DNA of 64,000 nt from an uncultured cyanobacterium (GTDB lineage: Bacteria > Cyanobacteriota > Cyanobacteriia > Cyanobacteriales > Cyanobacteriaceae): the NCBI GenBank assembly GCA_963710605.1, contig CAVQBA010000005.1:268075-332074 (forward strand). Reading direction: 5' to 3'. Within the stretch, counting starts at the first letter, position 1, and every line of letters starts with the position of its first letter. Below are positions 22,781 through 33,249 of this stretch, in pieces. The notes beneath the pieces are model-generated. The model saw nothing but the letters and a program-made list of their open reading frames with translations. It was not told the DNA's origin and did no database searches. The position numbers and the translations under genes were made by a program.

Positions 22781-23033
22781 TTTAAAACTTTAAAAAAGAT
22801 TGATCCCCCTAAATCCCCCTTAATAAGGTGGACTTCCAAGCTTCTTCTTATTGATGATGATTTTAGTTCAATTTATTGAACGAATAACTGTTAGCCTTGA
22901 ATGATCGAATTCAAGGTGAGTTAAATACTCAAATTTTTACGATGATAACCCTTCCCCTTCGATCGCTCTAAATCCGCCTTAGTAAGTGGGGCAGGGAATT
23001 TGTGAATTAATATAGTTTAAAACGTAGATAAAA

Positions 23034-23738
23034 ATGGAAACATTGACAATCTCTAATATAGTCATAAATATTGAGAGAAAAAAAATAAAGAATATGTATC
23101 TCAAAGTACGCCCACCTCAGGGAAAAGTTTTAATTTCTGCTCCGAAAAAGACTAAGATTGAAACTATCAGGATGTTTGCGATCGATAAATTAACTTGGAT
23201 TAAAAAGCAACAAAAAAAATTCGATTCCCAAGTAAGAGAAACTCCTCGTGAATATATAGAAAGAGAAAGTCATTATCTTTGGGGAGAGCGTTATTTACTA
23301 AAAATTGTGGAATCAAATCAACACCCTCAAATCACCCTCAACCATAAAAATATATTATTACAAATACCTCCTCAATACGATCGTCTTCAAAAACAAAAAA
23401 TGATGAATCGATGGTATAGAGAGCAACTCAAACAAGCTATTCCTTCTTTAATCGAAAAATGGCAACCAATGATGAAGGTAAAAGTCAACAAGTTTTTTGT
23501 CCAACAAATGAAAACTAAATGGGGTAGTTGTAATGTAACCCAAGGTAATATACGCCTCAATACCGAATTAGCTAAAAAACCAAGAGTGTGTTTAGAATAT
23601 ATAGTAGTTCACGAAATGAATCATTTACTAGTACCCAATCACGGTCAAAAATTTATTGATTTGATGGATTACTTTCTGCCTCAATGGCGGGAATATCAAC
23701 AAATTCTCAATAGTTTACCGATTAGCGATTTTAACTGA
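23034..23738 (+). CDS. YgjP/DUF45 (M48-like) metal-dependent hydrolase associated with type I R-M
   Basis: MKTKWGSC, YIVVHEMNHL, NHG. Confidence 0.9.
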   Translation: METLTISNIVINIERKKIKNMYLKVRPPQGKVLISAPKKTKIETIRMFAIDKLTWIKKQQKKFDSQVRETPREYIERESHYLWGERYLLKIVESNQHPQITLNHKNILLQIPPQYDRLQKQKMMNRWYREQLKQAIPSLIEKWQPMMKVKVNKFFVQQMKTKWGSCNVTQGNIRLNTELAKKPRVCLEYIVVHEMNHLLVPNHGQKFIDLMDYFLPQWREYQQILNSLPISDFN

Positions 23739-23917
23739 ATAACAGATACTCGGTTAGGTTATTAATAATTTACTAGCAAAATCAACTTCTAAATGAGGAT
23801 AACAGTTTATATTTTATTAATAATTACCCGATTGATTTCTAAACAGATATGTTTTTCAATTACAATGTGACAAAGAAAATAATCAATCAATATTAACTAA
23901 ATAATTTTTCAATTATT

Positions 23918-25354
23918 ATGGTTTCAATCCAGAAAAATAGTCGTCAAGAGTTAGATATTAGTTTTGTTCCCGCTATCATAACAGCAATCATTTTAACAGC
24001 GATCGTTTATTTAGCGGCTTTACCTTTTCGAGATTCATACATCGGCAACTTACTCTTCAATCGAGGTCTGATTCAATACTTTACTATCTTTACTTCTTGT
24101 TTGGTTGCGGCTATTACAATTAGTAAATACATTAGAATTAATCAAGAAAAAAAGGTTTTAGATAAACTAGGTACACCAGAAAATATCGATTTTGAAAACC
24201 ATAAATCAATTCAATTAGCCAATTTGCGAGAAGATTTCGCTCGTAACTCAACAATGGTTACAAATAGATTAGCCAGAGTCTTTACTGCTTATATAGAGTC
24301 AGGTAGTCGTAAGTCTGTAACTGAATTCGCATTAGATGATTCTTCTTTTTATCTCAGCTCATCCGAATCCTCTTATGCTTTGCCTCGTATCTTAGTTTGG
24401 GCAATTCCTTTGTTAGGGTTTATTGGTACTGTAATCGGTATTAGTAGTGCGGTAAGTGGTTTTACTAGTTTTTTAGAAAATACTGCCGAAATTGATCAAA
24501 TCAAAGAGGGAATTGGTACTGTTACTGGTGGATTGGCTGTTGCTTTTGATACCACTTTGTTGGCATTGTTATTAAGTGTAGTAGTGATGATTCCTTTGGT
24601 TTTAGTCGAGAAAATGGAATCACGAGTATTATTAGCAACTGATATTTATATCAACGATAATATCTTACCTCGATTAGCAGACAATTCAACCGATTCCAAA
24701 CCTGTTTTAAATTCTCAAGAAATAATTAGTACGATTACGCAAACGATCGCTCAAAGCCTACCACAAAAAGAAGAATTAATTCAACCGATAAGAGATGCTT
24801 TACCGACACCTGAGCAATTAATCGCCCCAGCGGAGGTTTATGCTAAAGAAGCGGCTAAAAATTTGGTGGCTGAATTTATTAGTGAGTTTAGTAAAATTCA
24901 TCAGCAAGAGGAAGAGTTAATTAATAATATGAAAGAGATTAACCAAGTCATTTTAAAAGATAGAGATAGTTTTGTCGCTACTTTTGGGCAACAACACGAT
25001 TTCAATCAGTCAATCATCCTCAATGTTAAAGAATTAGTTGATTTGGTTAAAGATAATAATCAAGAAAATCAAGAAAATTTTACTCAAGCAAGTACAGCAA
25101 TAACTACTCAATTGGCTAAAGCGGCTAGTAGTTTGGAAGAAAAAGTAATTTCGTTAGAAAAATCTAGTAGTCAAATTGCTCAACTAAATCAACTCACTTC
25201 TCATTTAGAAAAGATAGTAACGGTGTTAAATTCTGTTGATAAAATGCAGGATAATTTATCTGGGATAAAAGAAAAGATAGCTTTATTAGAACCAACTTTG
25301 AAAGATTTAAGCAAACCTAGAGTTGTTCGTTTAGTAGAGCAAATTGAACCCTAA
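23918..25354 (+). CDS. MotA/TolQ/ExbB family proton-channel protein with ~245 aa C-terminal, largely coiled-coil tail
   Basis: AIPLLGFIGTVIGI...GLAVAFDTTLLAL; two further N-terminal TM segments. Confidence 0.88.
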   Translation: MVSIQKNSRQELDISFVPAIITAIILTAIVYLAALPFRDSYIGNLLFNRGLIQYFTIFTSCLVAAITISKYIRINQEKKVLDKLGTPENIDFENHKSIQLANLREDFARNSTMVTNRLARVFTAYIESGSRKSVTEFALDDSSFYLSSSESSYALPRILVWAIPLLGFIGTVIGISSAVSGFTSFLENTAEIDQIKEGIGTVTGGLAVAFDTTLLALLLSVVVMIPLVLVEKMESRVLLATDIYINDNILPRLADNSTDSKPVLNSQEIISTITQTIAQSLPQKEELIQPIRDALPTPEQLIAPAEVYAKEAAKNLVAEFISEFSKIHQQEEELINNMKEINQVILKDRDSFVATFGQQHDFNQSIILNVKELVDLVKDNNQENQENFTQASTAITTQLAKAASSLEEKVISLEKSSSQIAQLNQLTSHLEKIVTVLNSVDKMQDNLSGIKEKIALLEPTLKDLSKPRVVRLVEQIEP

Positions 25355-25416
25355 TTGTCAAATCAACGTGATATCACAAAAAACTTACTTATTTATCAAT
25401 TATCAATTAAAACCTT

Positions 25417-25872
25417 ATGCGTAGGCAAATACGATCGTCAAATAAAGTAGAATTAGAATTGTTTCCTTTTCTGTCAGTATTAGCTTGTACGATCGGTAGT
25501 CTGATTTTACTGATTATTGTGGTTAGTACTCAGACTTTAGATAGTAACCCAGAAGTAACGATCGTCGCTAAAACTGAAAATGGTATTAATCAAGGTAAAC
25601 AACCTCGTTATATTGAATGTAAAGCTGATGGTGTGGTTATTTATCCAAGTCAAGAATTTATCCCCGCTGATCAATTAGAAGGAAGAAATTCTCCTTTAGC
25701 CACATTCATTAATGAGGTCAAAGCTAATCGTGATCAAGAATATGTTATCGTAGCACTTAGACCAGACGGGATTGAAGTATTTCAAAAAGTAAGAGATTTG
25801 ATTGAACAAGAAAAAATTGATATTGGTTATGAACCGATCGAGGAAGGTTGGACATTAAAAATAATTGAGTAA
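25417..25872 (+). CDS. ExbD/TolR-like single-pass membrane protein (Ser at the usual Asp position)
   Basis: Basic N-terminus, ELFPFLSVLACTIGSLILLII TM helix, C-terminal VALRPDGIEVF...IGYEP. Confidence 0.6.
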   Translation: MRRQIRSSNKVELELFPFLSVLACTIGSLILLIIVVSTQTLDSNPEVTIVAKTENGINQGKQPRYIECKADGVVIYPSQEFIPADQLEGRNSPLATFINEVKANRDQEYVIVALRPDGIEVFQKVRDLIEQEKIDIGYEPIEEGWTLKIIE

Positions 25873-26031
25873 GCAATTTTAATTAGCCTGAAAGTTTGTA
25901 GTTATATTAAAGTATTAATTAGCTATAAAAACAAATTCAGTATCAACTTTATTTAGTCTTAATTTTGCGATACATAATAATTAAAATCTAACTAAAAAAA
26001 TTTAGTATTTATAATATTTAATTTAAAAAAT

Positions 26032-26736
26032 ATGAGAAGTAGAAGACAAAGAAAGAACAATAATCCTCGTCCAAATTTGGATTCTTTTTTAGATATTCTC
26101 ACCAATACAGTCGGCGTATTAATGTTTATCGGGCTATTTGTAAGTCTGTTAGCAGTAGAGGCTGGTACAATTATTCGGACTCCATTAGTTTCAGGTACAA
26201 GAAAATCACCTAAATTTTTTGAAGTGAGAGACAATGCTATTTTTTATTTAAGTGATCCTCAATTAGAAAGTAGAATAGAAGAGACTATCGTTACTCTACC
26301 TAATTGTAATCCGCCTAATCTTCCTGCTGATAATATTCCCAGTAACTTATACAATTTCTATCGTCAAGAGCAATTACAATACGAACGATGTGTTAATAAT
26401 CGTAATCTTCGCTTACAAAACTTTTATTACGATAATGGCGATTATATAGTTACTTTTACCGATCGAGGTTCTTTGAAGTATGAACCTAATGTATCAGCTC
26501 AAGGAGAAACAGTTCAAGATTTGCGTGATAACAATTCTCAATTTAATCAAATTCTGGAACAATCTGATCCTAGTCTAAATTATGTTGCATTTATTGTCAG
26601 ACCAGATAGTTTTGCAACTTTTAGAGCGGCTCGACAAAAAGCTTGGAATTCTGGTTATGAGATAGGTTGGGAGCCTTTTGCAGACGATCGTGTTTTGGTT
26701 TTTGGTTCTGGTGGTAGAGCTGTCGGCGTACAATAA
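26032..26736 (+). CDS. Second ExbD/TolR-like single-pass membrane protein
   Basis: MRSRRQRK, NLDSFLDILTNTVGVLMFI TM helix, C-terminal FIVRPDSFATF...IGWEP paralogous to the previous gene. Confidence 0.6.
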   Translation: MRSRRQRKNNNPRPNLDSFLDILTNTVGVLMFIGLFVSLLAVEAGTIIRTPLVSGTRKSPKFFEVRDNAIFYLSDPQLESRIEETIVTLPNCNPPNLPADNIPSNLYNFYRQEQLQYERCVNNRNLRLQNFYYDNGDYIVTFTDRGSLKYEPNVSAQGETVQDLRDNNSQFNQILEQSDPSLNYVAFIVRPDSFATFRAARQKAWNSGYEIGWEPFADDRVLVFGSGGRAVGVQ

Positions 26737-27012
26737 TAATTAATCCTTATTTAGGGTTGATTGTAGAATTACCACCTATATAACTATCATTTAAATGAAA
26801 AAAATAGATAAGCAGGAGTAGAGACAACACTAGTAAATAAAGATTTAAAGCTAACAAAAAATAATTGTTGAAAAAATTTTTTAAATCGAAGAAAAGCGAC
26901 TATAAACTCAAGTACGATCGCTTTGGATAAATCAATGAGCAAGTTCTCAATTCTTCACTTTATAAACAAAAAAAATTAAGTTTTAAAATCGCATTATAGT
27001 AAAATCAAGTTG

Positions 27013-27867
27013 TTATGCACTCATTCTTTCCACGATAAAAGGCATCGCTAAACGATAAATTATCCAAGCCACAAATAAACCCAATATTGCCAACACACTA
27101 GCAATCCAAAAACCGATCGGATTAGATACAATACCCGTTGTTGCTAATTCTCGTGTCGTTACTAATAGTGGTGTAACGGGGTTTAATTGGACAATTATGC
27201 TAAATATACCTTCTTTCGGTATAGGGTAAATTACAGGAGTTAAAAATAACCAGATACTGACAATTAAAGTCATTCCCTTTGTGATATCTTGATATAATGC
27301 GCCTAATGGAGATAAAAGTAAACCCAAGCAAGTACCCAAAGCCACTAAATGAAGTAAAGCCACGGGTGCAATAATAATCGTCCAGGGTATCGGAATTTGA
27401 AACCAGATAAATAAGCAGACAATCAAAATTAGTTTGATGGCAAAATTAAATCCAACTTGTCCTAACTGTGCTAATATCAAAGCCTCTCGAGGAAAGTCTA
27501 TTTTCGCTAACATAGATTTAGCCCTTGTAACGGCTTGAATCGGTCCATTGAGGGCTTCTACAAAAGTTTGCCAAAGAGTCATACTAAACATAACATAGGC
27601 AGGATATGGTAAGTCAGTAGCTTCAATATTAAACACCTTAGCATTATTGGCTAAAGTCAAGCCTACTGCGGTAACAATAGGTGGAACGAATGCCCAGAAT
27701 AGTCCCAAAAAAGATTGACGATATTGAGCTTTAATATCTCTGAGTAATAATTGCCATGCTAATCCTCGAGCGGCAAGTAAATCGTACCACATCTGTTTGA
27801 CTAACTTAACTGGTTCTTTAATACGACTTTCAGATGTATAGCGAGTTATTTTGTTCGATTTTGACAT
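27013..27867 (-). CDS. wzm: Polysaccharide ABC exporter permease
   Basis: RDIKAQYRQSFLGLFW, LTPVIYP, LNPVTPL; multiple TM segments. Confidence 0.92.
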   Translation of the reverse strand: MSKSNKITRYTSESRIKEPVKLVKQMWYDLLAARGLAWQLLLRDIKAQYRQSFLGLFWAFVPPIVTAVGLTLANNAKVFNIEATDLPYPAYVMFSMTLWQTFVEALNGPIQAVTRAKSMLAKIDFPREALILAQLGQVGFNFAIKLILIVCLFIWFQIPIPWTIIIAPVALLHLVALGTCLGLLLSPLGALYQDITKGMTLIVSIWLFLTPVIYPIPKEGIFSIIVQLNPVTPLLVTTRELATTGIVSNPIGFWIASVLAILGLFVAWIIYRLAMPFIVERMSA

Positions 27868-27980
27868 TCATTATCTCTCAACGAGCTTTTTTCAATTGAT
27901 TAAAATTAACTAGAATGGACGATTCGAAAATCAAATTTTAGATCTAATTAAAACATGGTATCGCATAATTGAAATTAAAT

Positions 27981-29021
27981 TTACATTTGTGAGGATCGAC
28001 TATCCCACCAATCCAAGGCTTTAGCAAAACGTATTCCAAAAGAGGTAGGGGAGTAATTTTGTTCGTACCATTGACGACGATCGAGTTGTGAAGTCTCATC
28101 TTCAGGTGTTTGTAAATGTTTTAGAATAGCTTTAGTAAATGCAGAAATATCGCCTAGGGCAAATGTTTTCCCGTATTCTCCTAGAAGTTCGGGTACGCCA
28201 CAAATCCCAAAAGCAAGACAGGGTTTTCCTAATGCTAGAGCTTCCATCAGAACTTTTGGCATTGGATCGTCTCTACTGGTTAAAATAAATAAATCAGCTT
28301 TCGCCATGATCGAGGCTGGATTTTCTAATGCTCCTGTGAAGGTAACGTAATTTTCAAGTCCGTGCTTTTGAAGTTGCTCGGCGATCGCACCTTCACAATA
28401 TTCTTCTTCTCCAAACTTACCAATCCAGACAAATTTTACTTGAGGATTTTGCCTAATTACCTTTTCGGCAATTTGTAAAAAGTAATCTGTTCCTTTTTTC
28501 TTACTTACTAAACCACAAGCTACTACTAAATTTTCTTCTTTATCTAAGGGTAAGCTATATTTAAGCAATGGAGAAGAATTAGAAATATTATTTAAAACAT
28601 AAATATTTTGAGCATTGATGTGATAAGTATCTTGTAACATTTTTGCTCCGTATTTACATACGTGAAAATGGATTATGTTGGGGTTACTTAATAATCGATC
28701 GACTACAGGATAAATCGCTGGTTGTCGTTCGATCGCTTTTTGTATTCCCCATTCGGTTTCGTGCCAATATATTGCTGTTTGTTTTTTAAGTAATTGTGAC
28801 AAAAGATAAAATCTGTAGCCACGATAATTAACTAAACAAGGGATACCATCAAAAATAATCCTTTTTGCTTTAATAATTTGTAAAATTTTCGTTTTTTCTT
28901 GAGTCCAAAAGATTTTTAAATCAATGGCTCGATTCCGACACTCTTGTTGAGAAAACCAAAAAGAGTCTAAAGGTTTTCCGCCTCCTTGTTGATGATGAGA
29001 AAAAATAGTTACGGATTTCAT
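27981..29021 (-). CDS. Glycosyltransferase family 4
   Basis: KKGTDYF, SRDDPMPKVLMEALALGKP. Confidence 0.9.
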   Translation of the reverse strand: MKSVTIFSHHQQGGGKPLDSFWFSQQECRNRAIDLKIFWTQEKTKILQIIKAKRIIFDGIPCLVNYRGYRFYLLSQLLKKQTAIYWHETEWGIQKAIERQPAIYPVVDRLLSNPNIIHFHVCKYGAKMLQDTYHINAQNIYVLNNISNSSPLLKYSLPLDKEENLVVACGLVSKKKGTDYFLQIAEKVIRQNPQVKFVWIGKFGEEEYCEGAIAEQLQKHGLENYVTFTGALENPASIMAKADLFILTSRDDPMPKVLMEALALGKPCLAFGICGVPELLGEYGKTFALGDISAFTKAILKHLQTPEDETSQLDRRQWYEQNYSPTSFGIRFAKALDWWDSRSSQM

Positions 29022-29039
29022 CAGAAGTTTTTATTTTAT

Positions 29040-29247
29040 TTACGATCTATAAATTTGTTTGAAACCTTTAAGCGAATTTTTACTATTATGATTACGATTG
29101 CCCATTTTTTCAAGTTTGGTTTCGGCAAATTCTAAAATAGCTTTAGCTCGACTATCCCAAGTATATTTATCCACTTCTGTATTAGCGAGACTTAGACAAA
29201 AATTATGCGGCAAAACCGACTTGGTTTTTATAATCGTAATTTTTCAT
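29040..29247 (-). pseudogene. Internally deleted glycosyltransferase remnant
   Basis: GT4-type C-terminus EVDKYTWDSRAKAILEF preceded by only ~20 codons. Confidence 0.5.
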
Positions 29248-29356
29248 AGCTTCTGTTTCTTCCTATTTAATAAATACCTTAATCAAGTTGGCTTCTCTAG
29301 ATTGATAATAGAATAACAAAAGTGACTCTAGACTGAGACACTGTAGCCATCGATAT

Positions 29357-30031
29357 TTAATCTTTAACTAACTCTATTCCCGTTTCTTTGGCTAGATTTG
29401 GTTCGCAGGTTTTAACGGGCAATCCTTGTTGTTTGAGATAAGATATTGCGTGGTCGATCGCTTTTGTAATATTCATAGCCACCACTATTTAAAGAAATAC
29501 CCGCTATGATTACTTCTGACGCACCACGATAAAATGCCAAACAAACAGCAAATAAACCTGTAGATATTTTTTTGTCACCACCTCTTTGTCCTAAGTTTTC
29601 TCCTGTAACAGCATGAATAATTTTAGCTCTTTGTTGATGTTCGTTTTTACTTTTTCTTATCGGTAATTTAGTTGTGCCAATCTTTCTTTAGCCGAGACAA
29701 AATTTACACCACGCTCGATTCAAACTAATTCAGTTGTCTTAAGATTTCTAATACTTTCTCTAGTCGTAATTTTAACTGGGTCGGTTGTTTCTTGTGCCAT
29801 ATAACCGCTCATAATTGTGATTTTGGGAGTCTGTTGTAATTTTAACTTTGAGGCACAATATCCTGAAGCATTTACGCACACTAAATCTGCATTCTTTAAT
29901 TTATCTTCTGCTATGGTGGGATTAGAAGCAGAACCAAGAACAAGAAAAGTTTTTTTTGATTTGTTAGGTAAAATATTTAATTTTTTATTTGTTTTTGTAA
30001 AAATGTATTTAAGTTGCTCGACAGTGTACAT
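29357..30031 (-). pseudogene. Sialyltransferase-like (GT29/DUF115-like) pseudogene
   Basis: FLVLGSA...VCVNAS, then TGA, TAA and frameshifts; downstream remnant ISTGLFAVCLAFYRGASEVIIAGISL. Confidence 0.65.
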
Positions 30032-30052
30032 ATTTAGTTAAAGTATCAGAGT

Positions 30053-31021
30053 TTATAATTTAGTCTTTAACGGCGATTGCGATTCGGAAACTAATGCTAA
30101 AATTTCGTCAACAGATAATTTACTTGATGCAATCGAATCCATTATATCTGGTCTCACATGACCTAACTTAACCTTAGATTCAATTAGTTCTGTCGCGACC
30201 AACCCTTTTTCGACACATTCTTTGAGTAAAGAGAAAAATAAACGTTCTTGTTGAATATCAGGATGTTGTTGATAAGTTGGACGTTTTTGACCGAGTAAAC
30301 TGTATTGTAAAAAATTAGTTACCGAATCTCGCCATGTTTTTTTGTAGTTACCTAAATTTTCTCGCTGATAAGCTAATCCCGTTTTCCAAGGTTGGGTTAG
30401 TTGTTTGGTGTTGTGTAATAGCTTTGTTTCGCTGTTGAGTTTATCTCTGTGATTCCACTCGTTTTCCAAAGTTCCAATTATCTCTCTTGATTCTGTTTGT
30501 AATGAAATCCAGTGTTGTAAATCGATTTCACGAGCAAACAATCGATTGATCGTTTCTTCCCATTTCCAGTGACCTAGTTCACTGCAATCAAGAAGCATTA
30601 CGCTAGTATCAAATCCTCTTTTGCTGGGTTTAACTGGTTTTGAAGTTGGACGAGAGATTTTGGGACAAGAAAAGATAGCTTTGCCTTCCATATCTCGTGA
30701 CAGCAACTCGTAAATATCGGAAACAGCGAAAATATCGGGATCGATCAAAATAGCTCTACCTTGATAGCCCATAAGTTGAGGTACGAGAAAACGTAAAGGA
30801 AAAAAAGACTGAGGCACATCTTTGTACCATGCTGATTCTATCTGATTTCTAAGACAAGATTGACCATCATAATTCATCAAATAGGGATAGTCTTCTAAGT
30901 TAATTAACTTAACGTTAAATTTATCGGCATTTTGAGACATTCTCTTCAGAGAATACATTGCCACTGTAGCAGGAATTATTTCACGATCGTTACTATGAAC
31001 AAATACAGTTGGTTTAATCAT
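30053..31021 (-). CDS. Putative GT-A fold (GT8-like) glycosyltransferase
   Basis: RFLVPQLMGYQGRAILIDPD, SVMLLDC, EWNH, LLHNT...QPW. Confidence 0.7.
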   Translation of the reverse strand: MIKPTVFVHSNDREIIPATVAMYSLKRMSQNADKFNVKLINLEDYPYLMNYDGQSCLRNQIESAWYKDVPQSFFPLRFLVPQLMGYQGRAILIDPDIFAVSDIYELLSRDMEGKAIFSCPKISRPTSKPVKPSKRGFDTSVMLLDCSELGHWKWEETINRLFAREIDLQHWISLQTESREIIGTLENEWNHRDKLNSETKLLHNTKQLTQPWKTGLAYQRENLGNYKKTWRDSVTNFLQYSLLGQKRPTYQQHPDIQQERLFFSLLKECVEKGLVATELIESKVKLGHVRPDIMDSIASSKLSVDEILALVSESQSPLKTKL

Positions 31022-31070
31022 TAGCTTTAATTTTTTTAATAACTAAAAATAGGTTTATTTTGCCAGAAAC

Positions 31071-32351
31071 TTAATTAGACTGTTGGCTATGAACTAAACT
31101 CCACAATCGTGGTTGATAAAACAAAGAGCGATTCATAGCTATTCCTTCTTCGACTATAAAAAAGAAGTTTTCGACAATATCAAGGTGTAAAATTAAATTT
31201 TGCTTAACAATAATCTTCATATAATACAAACCAGGTTTTAAACAAAGATAAGGAAATTCTAACTTAATTGTATTTTCACCTGGCATAACTTTCATCATTT
31301 TTTGGTCTAAAATACTATCTAAACTTAAGATGATATCGTTTTCTCCGCTTCTTTCTTTGATTAATACATAAACAGTCACTTGCTCTAATAAGTGGTGAGC
31401 GTAACAGCCTATTGATAGAAAAATTTGTTTGCCTGATGTTAGTTTTGTCAGTATATTATTTTCTAAGTCACAAAAGTTTAAAGAAACAATATCTAAACCT
31501 AAACTTTCATCTTTATTTTTTTTCGTAGTTTTCCAAACAGTGTTTTTTATCTGAGCGTCTCCAATCAGCATATCTTTTTCGTATTGGCTGATAACTGTTT
31601 CTACATTGCCACTAGAAATAACCTTACCTTTGGATAAATACACGGCTGATAAACAAACGGTAAATAAAGCTTGGGAATTATGAGAGACGAGAACAAAAGA
31701 AGTTCCTCTTTCTCGCAAATCACTTAGTTTTTTGTAGCATTTTTTCCTAAATTTAAAGTCTCCCACCGCTAAAACTTCATCAATCAAGAGTATTTCTGGT
31801 TCGGTATGAATTGCACAAGCAAATCCCAACCGTGCTTGCATTCCCGAACTATAAGTCTGTACGGGAGCGTCAATAGCTTCATCTATCTCAGCAAATTCAA
31901 CAACTTCATCAAAACGATCGTTTATTTCTACTTTTGATAAACCCAAAATCGACATATTAGCATAAAGATTTTCTCTTCCCGTAAGAATCGGGTTAAAACC
32001 TGCACTTAAAGCAATCAATGGTGCAATTCGCCCACGAACATTGACAACTCCCGTATCGGGTTTAATCAAACCACTAATAATTCTGAGTAAAGTAGTTTTT
32101 CCTGCACCATTTGCTCCAACTAAACCTAAAGCTTCACCTTTTTTCAACTCGAAATCAATGTCTTGTAATGCCCAAAATTCTTGAGGGCGTAAGATATTAT
32201 TTTTTGAACGTACCCCTGTTAACTCTTTAGCAATATCTTGAACTCCGTAATAAAGAGATTTTTTTAAATCACGGCAGAATTTTTTGGAGACACCTTTTAC
32301 CGATAGGACAATATTTTCGTTTTTGGTTGAATTTACCACAACTGATTCCAT
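31071..32351 (-). CDS. wzt: Polysaccharide ABC exporter ATPase with C-terminal carbohydrate-binding domain
   Basis: GANGAGKTT, YSSGMQARLGF, LIDEVLAVGD. Confidence 0.93.
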   Translation of the reverse strand: MESVVVNSTKNENIVLSVKGVSKKFCRDLKKSLYYGVQDIAKELTGVRSKNNILRPQEFWALQDIDFELKKGEALGLVGANGAGKTTLLRIISGLIKPDTGVVNVRGRIAPLIALSAGFNPILTGRENLYANMSILGLSKVEINDRFDEVVEFAEIDEAIDAPVQTYSSGMQARLGFACAIHTEPEILLIDEVLAVGDFKFRKKCYKKLSDLRERGTSFVLVSHNSQALFTVCLSAVYLSKGKVISSGNVETVISQYEKDMLIGDAQIKNTVWKTTKKNKDESLGLDIVSLNFCDLENNILTKLTSGKQIFLSIGCYAHHLLEQVTVYVLIKERSGENDIILSLDSILDQKMMKVMPGENTIKLEFPYLCLKPGLYYMKIIVKQNLILHLDIVENFFFIVEEGIAMNRSLFYQPRLWSLVHSQQSN

Positions 32352-32494
32352 TAAAATCTTAATCTACATTATATTAACTTTCTTTTTTTTGTTTAACTGT
32401 AATTATGATTCCGTTACCGAAAATAAGTCTTTTAGTTGTCTGGAGGCTTAAAATGCGATTCGATTCGATTACTTTTATCGTTTTTTTATTAATT

Positions 32495-32687
32495 AGGGTC
32501 TGCTGAATTAATCCAAACTATATATTTGTCAAAGATTTACACTGCCTTTACTTCCAGGTAAGTGAGGTTCCAATAATGTCCATAATCTATCTGAAATATC
32601 ATGTCGTCGATGCGCTGTTATTGCTACTCCTTAAACTCAATATAAGTTAAATATAGCAAAATAATTATAGTTTGACGACACTATCTA
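32495..32687 (-). mobile_element. IS5-family 5' remnant abutting another IS-like end
   Basis: Minus strand encodes TAHRRHDISDRLWTLLEPHLPGSKGS after the terminus TAGATAGTGTCGTCA; AGGGTCTGCTGAA at ~32495 resembles a cyanobacterial IS end. Confidence 0.65.
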
Positions 32688-32867
32688 ATAAAAAACTAAA
32701 AGCGAAAATTAATGATTAATTGAATTGATTGAGTCTTTTTCCTCTTTTTCTGGTTTTGGCAATTGACAGTATCCATAAATAGTAGTAAGATGTGTTAGTA
32801 TCGTAACCAGTAGTGTAGGCAATATAAAACAAAAAGTAAGTACCTTAAAAACTTTAATAGTGAAAGT

Positions 32868-33126
32868 ATAGGGTTGTTGGCTCGAAAAACCTAGTCAACG
32901 TAAAACTTTTAAGGAAATATAGTAACTAATATACTAGCCGTCACCGCAGACGGTAGCACAGATAAGGGACTGTGTTTAAACTGCTTGTGGACTCGTTAGA
33001 TACGGGGGCATTCATTATTAGCAATAACGATGTCTAGTTAAGAGGGGAACTTGAAAGAAGCAAGAATCGCCCATTACAATCTTTGCCGAGGATGCGACAG
33101 CAGACTCATTAATGGGTGAGTGTCAA
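32868..33126 (+). mobile_element. Non-coding IS200/IS605 derivative (right end/omegaRNA-like region, no tnpB)
   Basis: GCTTGTGGA...GAAGCAAGAATC, then hairpin GCCCATTA/TAATGGGT, then GAGTGTCAA terminus. Left boundary approximate. Confidence 0.65.
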
Positions 33127-33249
33127 TTTTTTTACATAATAATTCTAAAGTCCGTCCTACTGTTAACCAAGCAAACAAGAATGTAAGTTACAAATCAATA
33201 AGATTTACCTTTAACATGTTGTCAGAAAGCCAAAAACATAGTTGATTTT

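Noticed and set aside
23918-26736. Canonical Zorya system or flagellar stator
   Set aside because: Neither small protein has an OmpA-like peptidoglycan-binding domain, no ZorC/D/E-like genes follow, and cyanobacteria lack flagella.
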